Assembly (NCBI GenBank): GCA_026396515.1
Contig: JAPLWQ010000005.1
Coordinates: 8,011-72,010, forward strand
Direction: 5' to 3'
DNA: 64,000 nucleotides
Source: Candidatus Magasanikiibacteriota bacterium
GTDB lineage: Bacteria; Patescibacteriota; Patescibacteriia; Magasanikbacterales; GWA2-37-8
The notes beneath the pieces are model-generated. The model was not told where the DNA came from. It ran no database searches and saw nothing but the letters and a program-made list of their open reading frames with translations. The position numbers and the translations under genes were made by a program. This document shows positions 62,051 to 64,000 of the stretch, piece after piece. Numbering within the stretch: position 1 is the stretch's first letter; the number at the start of each line of letters is the position of its first letter.

Positions 62051-62493
62051 TTTTTTTGCCTATTAATTATTGTCATAATACCATATTTACCCGGCTTCTT
62101 ACAAATCAAACTATCGAGTAATTGGGGTACGTTCGTTTCGTTGAAGGTATTAAGCCTTGCCATGTCATACCTCATGGAAATCCAGTCACCCTGATAATAC
62201 TTAGTAAAATCAGACCACACTTGGAACCCAATACCGCGAGGACCAAAGATATGTCCAAGCCCGGAAAGTCTCAAAAGTCTATCAAAACTATGCGTTAAAA
62301 ACCACGCATCATCTTTGGGATGGTCCGGGTATTTCTCAAGATGTAGTGTTTTACAAATAACTGATTTTAAAATGCATTCAAGCGCATTGCCCATTATATA
62401 GCCCGAACCCTGCCAGTCATGCGCGTTCATTAAAACAATCGCAGACTTTATGCGCGCCTTACAAATTAACTTTAGTTCGTGTCCATTTGCCAT
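62044..62493 (-). CDS. HEPN-domain protein
   Basis: A..L....GY.MG.ALEC.LK, THSF..L, W..MRY. Confidence 0.7.
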   Translation of the reverse strand: MANGHELKLICKARIKSAIVLMNAHDWQGSGYIMGNALECILKSVICKTLHLEKYPDHPKDDAWFLTHSFDRLLRLSGLGHIFGPRGIGFQVWSDFTKYYQGDWISMRYDMARLNTFNETNVPQLLDSLICKKPGKYGIMTIINRQKKC

Positions 62494-62615
62494 CTAATTG
62501 ACAATTACATTACCAAAGCGCCCCGTTTTCAGTTTGGATAGCATACCGTATCAGCAGATTATTAGCAAGACATGTTTGCATAAAGAAATGTTCCCACTTC
62601 GTCCCATACACCCCG

Positions 62616-62654
62616 CAAAAATCCGGCTGCCTTATTGGCAACCGGATTTTTGTT
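62616..62654 (+). terminator. Hairpin, probably the original tRNA-Asp terminator displaced by the island
   Basis: CAAAAATCCGGCTGCC-TTATT-GGCAACCGGATTTTTG. Confidence 0.55.
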
Positions 62655-62663
62655 GGGGCGGAA

Positions 62664-62808
62664 GCGAGCAAATAGTTTTGCTCGCGTCGGGACGAGAACG
62701 CCGGAGCGATGTCGCGCGACGCATTCTGGCGAGCGCGACCGCGAGGCGGTGGCTAGGCAAAATTTTCGGAAGAAAATTTTAGCCGAAGCCGAGTCCCGTC
62801 CGACCCGC
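62664..62808 (+). repeat. tRNA-trailing element ending in a 19-bp copy of the tRNA-Asp 3' end
   Basis: CGAGTCCCGTCCGACCCGC at 55919-55937 and 62790-62808; homologous to 26481-26608. Confidence 0.75.
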
Positions 62809-62851
62809 TCCGCATTAATGCTTTTCAATTGAGAGGCGTTATTTTTTTTAC

Positions 62852-62948
62852 AAAAAAAGGCTCCGAGTGCGTTCGGTGTAAGAGAAGAATCAAAGGAGGG
62901 GGTGATTCCACCATACACCAAACACATTCGGAGCCCTTAAATTTTTAC
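62852..62948 (-). ncRNA. Candidate hairpin sRNA exposing an anti-SD-like loop (or long terminator of rplT)
   Basis: TTGACA-N17-TAAATT promoter at 62983-62955; long stem; U7 tail. Confidence 0.4.
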
Positions 62949-62993
62949 ATTTTTAATTTAGCACTATTTCGGTTCCTTGTCAAGGGTCGCTGC

Positions 62994-63341
62994 CTATTTT
63001 TTTGCGGCTGCGATAATCGCTTCAAACGCTTTTGGCATTTTTTCAGCAATTTCCACCAAAACCTTGCGGTTCAGACCGATACCTTTCTTTTTGAGCAGTC
63101 CGATAAACTTGCTGTAGCTTAAATCATAAGCGCGAACCGCAGCGTTGATATTCACATTCCAGTTGGCGCGGAAAAGACGCTTCTTTAATCGGCGTCCGAC
63201 AAAAGCATGAGCGCCGGCTTTCATTTTTGCCACTTTGGCCACTTTGATTTTTGATTTTCTACCCCAGCGATAACCCTTGGTGTGTTTTAGGATGCCGCGG
63301 CGATGCTTGGTGTGTGTAAGGCCGCCTTTAATTCTTGCCAT
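62994..63341 (-). CDS. rplT: 50S ribosomal protein L20
   Basis: MARIKGG..KGYR..RRLKKR.FR..W...INAA..SYSKFI. Confidence 0.96.
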   Translation of the reverse strand: MARIKGGLTHTKHRRGILKHTKGYRWGRKSKIKVAKVAKMKAGAHAFVGRRLKKRLFRANWNVNINAAVRAYDLSYSKFIGLLKKKGIGLNRKVLVEIAEKMPKAFEAIIAAAKK

Positions 63342-63342
63342 A

Positions 63343-63537
63343 TTATTTTGCGATATTATCTTTTACAAAATGATGCATTGTTTTGCTAAGCACAAGGTCC
63401 GAGCGCTTGTTACGGCGCACATTGCCGGTCTCGCGGCTGTTATAGTGCGCTTGACCACTGGTGCGCTTTATTACTTTTCCGGTTTTGGTTACGCGGAAGC
63501 GCTTGCTGATTGATTTTTTTGTCTTCATTTTTCCCAT
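63343..63537 (-). CDS. rpmI: 50S ribosomal protein L35
   Basis: KMKTKKSISKRFRVTKTGK. Confidence 0.93.
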   Translation of the reverse strand: MGKMKTKKSISKRFRVTKTGKVIKRTSGQAHYNSRETGNVRRNKRSDLVLSKTMHHFVKDNIAK

Positions 63538-63568
63538 ATCTTTGAATTAATTTTTTGTATAAAAGGAT

Positions 63569-64000
63569 TTATGATTTAAAAATCGTGGCAGTAATGGTGT
63601 TGCCCTGGCGTTCGCTTTCCTGATCGAATTTAACGGATACCTCGGCCGTGATAGTGGCAAGGAATTTTCGCAAAAGATCAAAGGCGAGCGCGGCCTGCTG
63701 CATTTCACGTCCGCGCAAGACAACATCTATCTTCACTTTGTCGCCGCTATTTAAGAATTCAATAATCTGTTTTCGGCGGATTTCCATATCATGCGCCCCA
63801 ATGCGCAGAGATAGTCGCGAACATTTTGTTTTGGAAACGTGTTGATGCGCCTTGCGGATGCGCGAGGCCTTTTCCTGCTGGTACTGATACTGCCCGAAAT
63901 TCATGATTTTAGCAACCGGCGGATCAGTTTTCGGATTTATTTCCACCAGGTCAAGCTCTTGCTCGCGGGCGGCTCGGATCGCTTCACCCGTATTCATTTC
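63569..64000 (-). CDS. infC: Translation initiation factor IF-3 (5' end beyond window)
   Basis: LDLVEINP...PPVAKIMNFG, GDKVK..RGRE. Confidence 0.93.
   Translation of the reverse strand, partial: EMNTGEAIRAAREQELDLVEINPKTDPPVAKIMNFGQYQYQQEKASRIRKAHQHVSKTKCSRLSLRIGAHDMEIRRKQIIEFLNSGDKVKIDVVLRGREMQQAALAFDLLRKFLATITAEVSVKFDQESERQGNTITATIFKS

Larger units (their letters stand above)
55933..62619. mobile_element. Integrative rolling-circle element (about 6.7 kb) at tRNA-Asp
   Basis: Serine integrase, HUH Rep, R-M and HEPN cargo; visibly AT-richer; CCCGCAAA core at both ends. Confidence 0.8.

Noticed and set aside
62790-62808. 19-bp tRNA-Asp 3' repeat as attR of the island
   Set aside because: It ends an element also found behind tRNA-Val, where there is no integrase. 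The CCCGCAAA core at 62612 restores both a terminator and the reading frame. Disfavoured, not excluded.
62562-62927. 121-aa ORF and overlapping ORFs as real genes
   Set aside because: They span hairpins and the tRNA repeat; only the last 18 codons matter, as the alternative integrase tail.

Overview
Chromosomal segment of a Patescibacteria (CPR/Parcubacteria-like) bacterium; the lineage is inferred from gene content and protein style. It carries a giant Cys-rich surface protein, ybeY-dgkA-ftsA-ftsZ-nrdR, pyk, glyA, an Elp3-type radical SAM/acetyltransferase, folD, tRNA-Val, transporters, an ECF sigma/anti-sigma pair ahead of an S-layer-like gene, rpmB (missed by the ORF track), pyrH, rplJ-rplL, cysS, type IV pilus genes, ligA, ppsA, typA, tRNA-Asp and infC-rpmI-rplT. 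The most unusual content is a set of tiny mobile elements. (1) A 310-bp element with terminal inverted repeats and a 4-bp target duplication encodes only a GIY-YIG nuclease, and a 103-bp non-autonomous copy sits on the pyk start codon. (2) A second GIY-YIG gene is wedged between a duplicated 5' half of tRNA-Val and the intact tRNA. (3) Related palindromes sit in duplicated gene starts, and others are inserted in frame in Elp3. (4) A conserved element trails both tRNAs and ends in a copy of each tRNA's own 3' end. (5) A 6.7-kb rolling-circle/serine-integrase island at tRNA-Asp carries an R-M system, and its predicted crossover would swap the integrase C-terminal tail in frame. Several candidate ncRNAs are also present. 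All calls were made by eye, without database searches.
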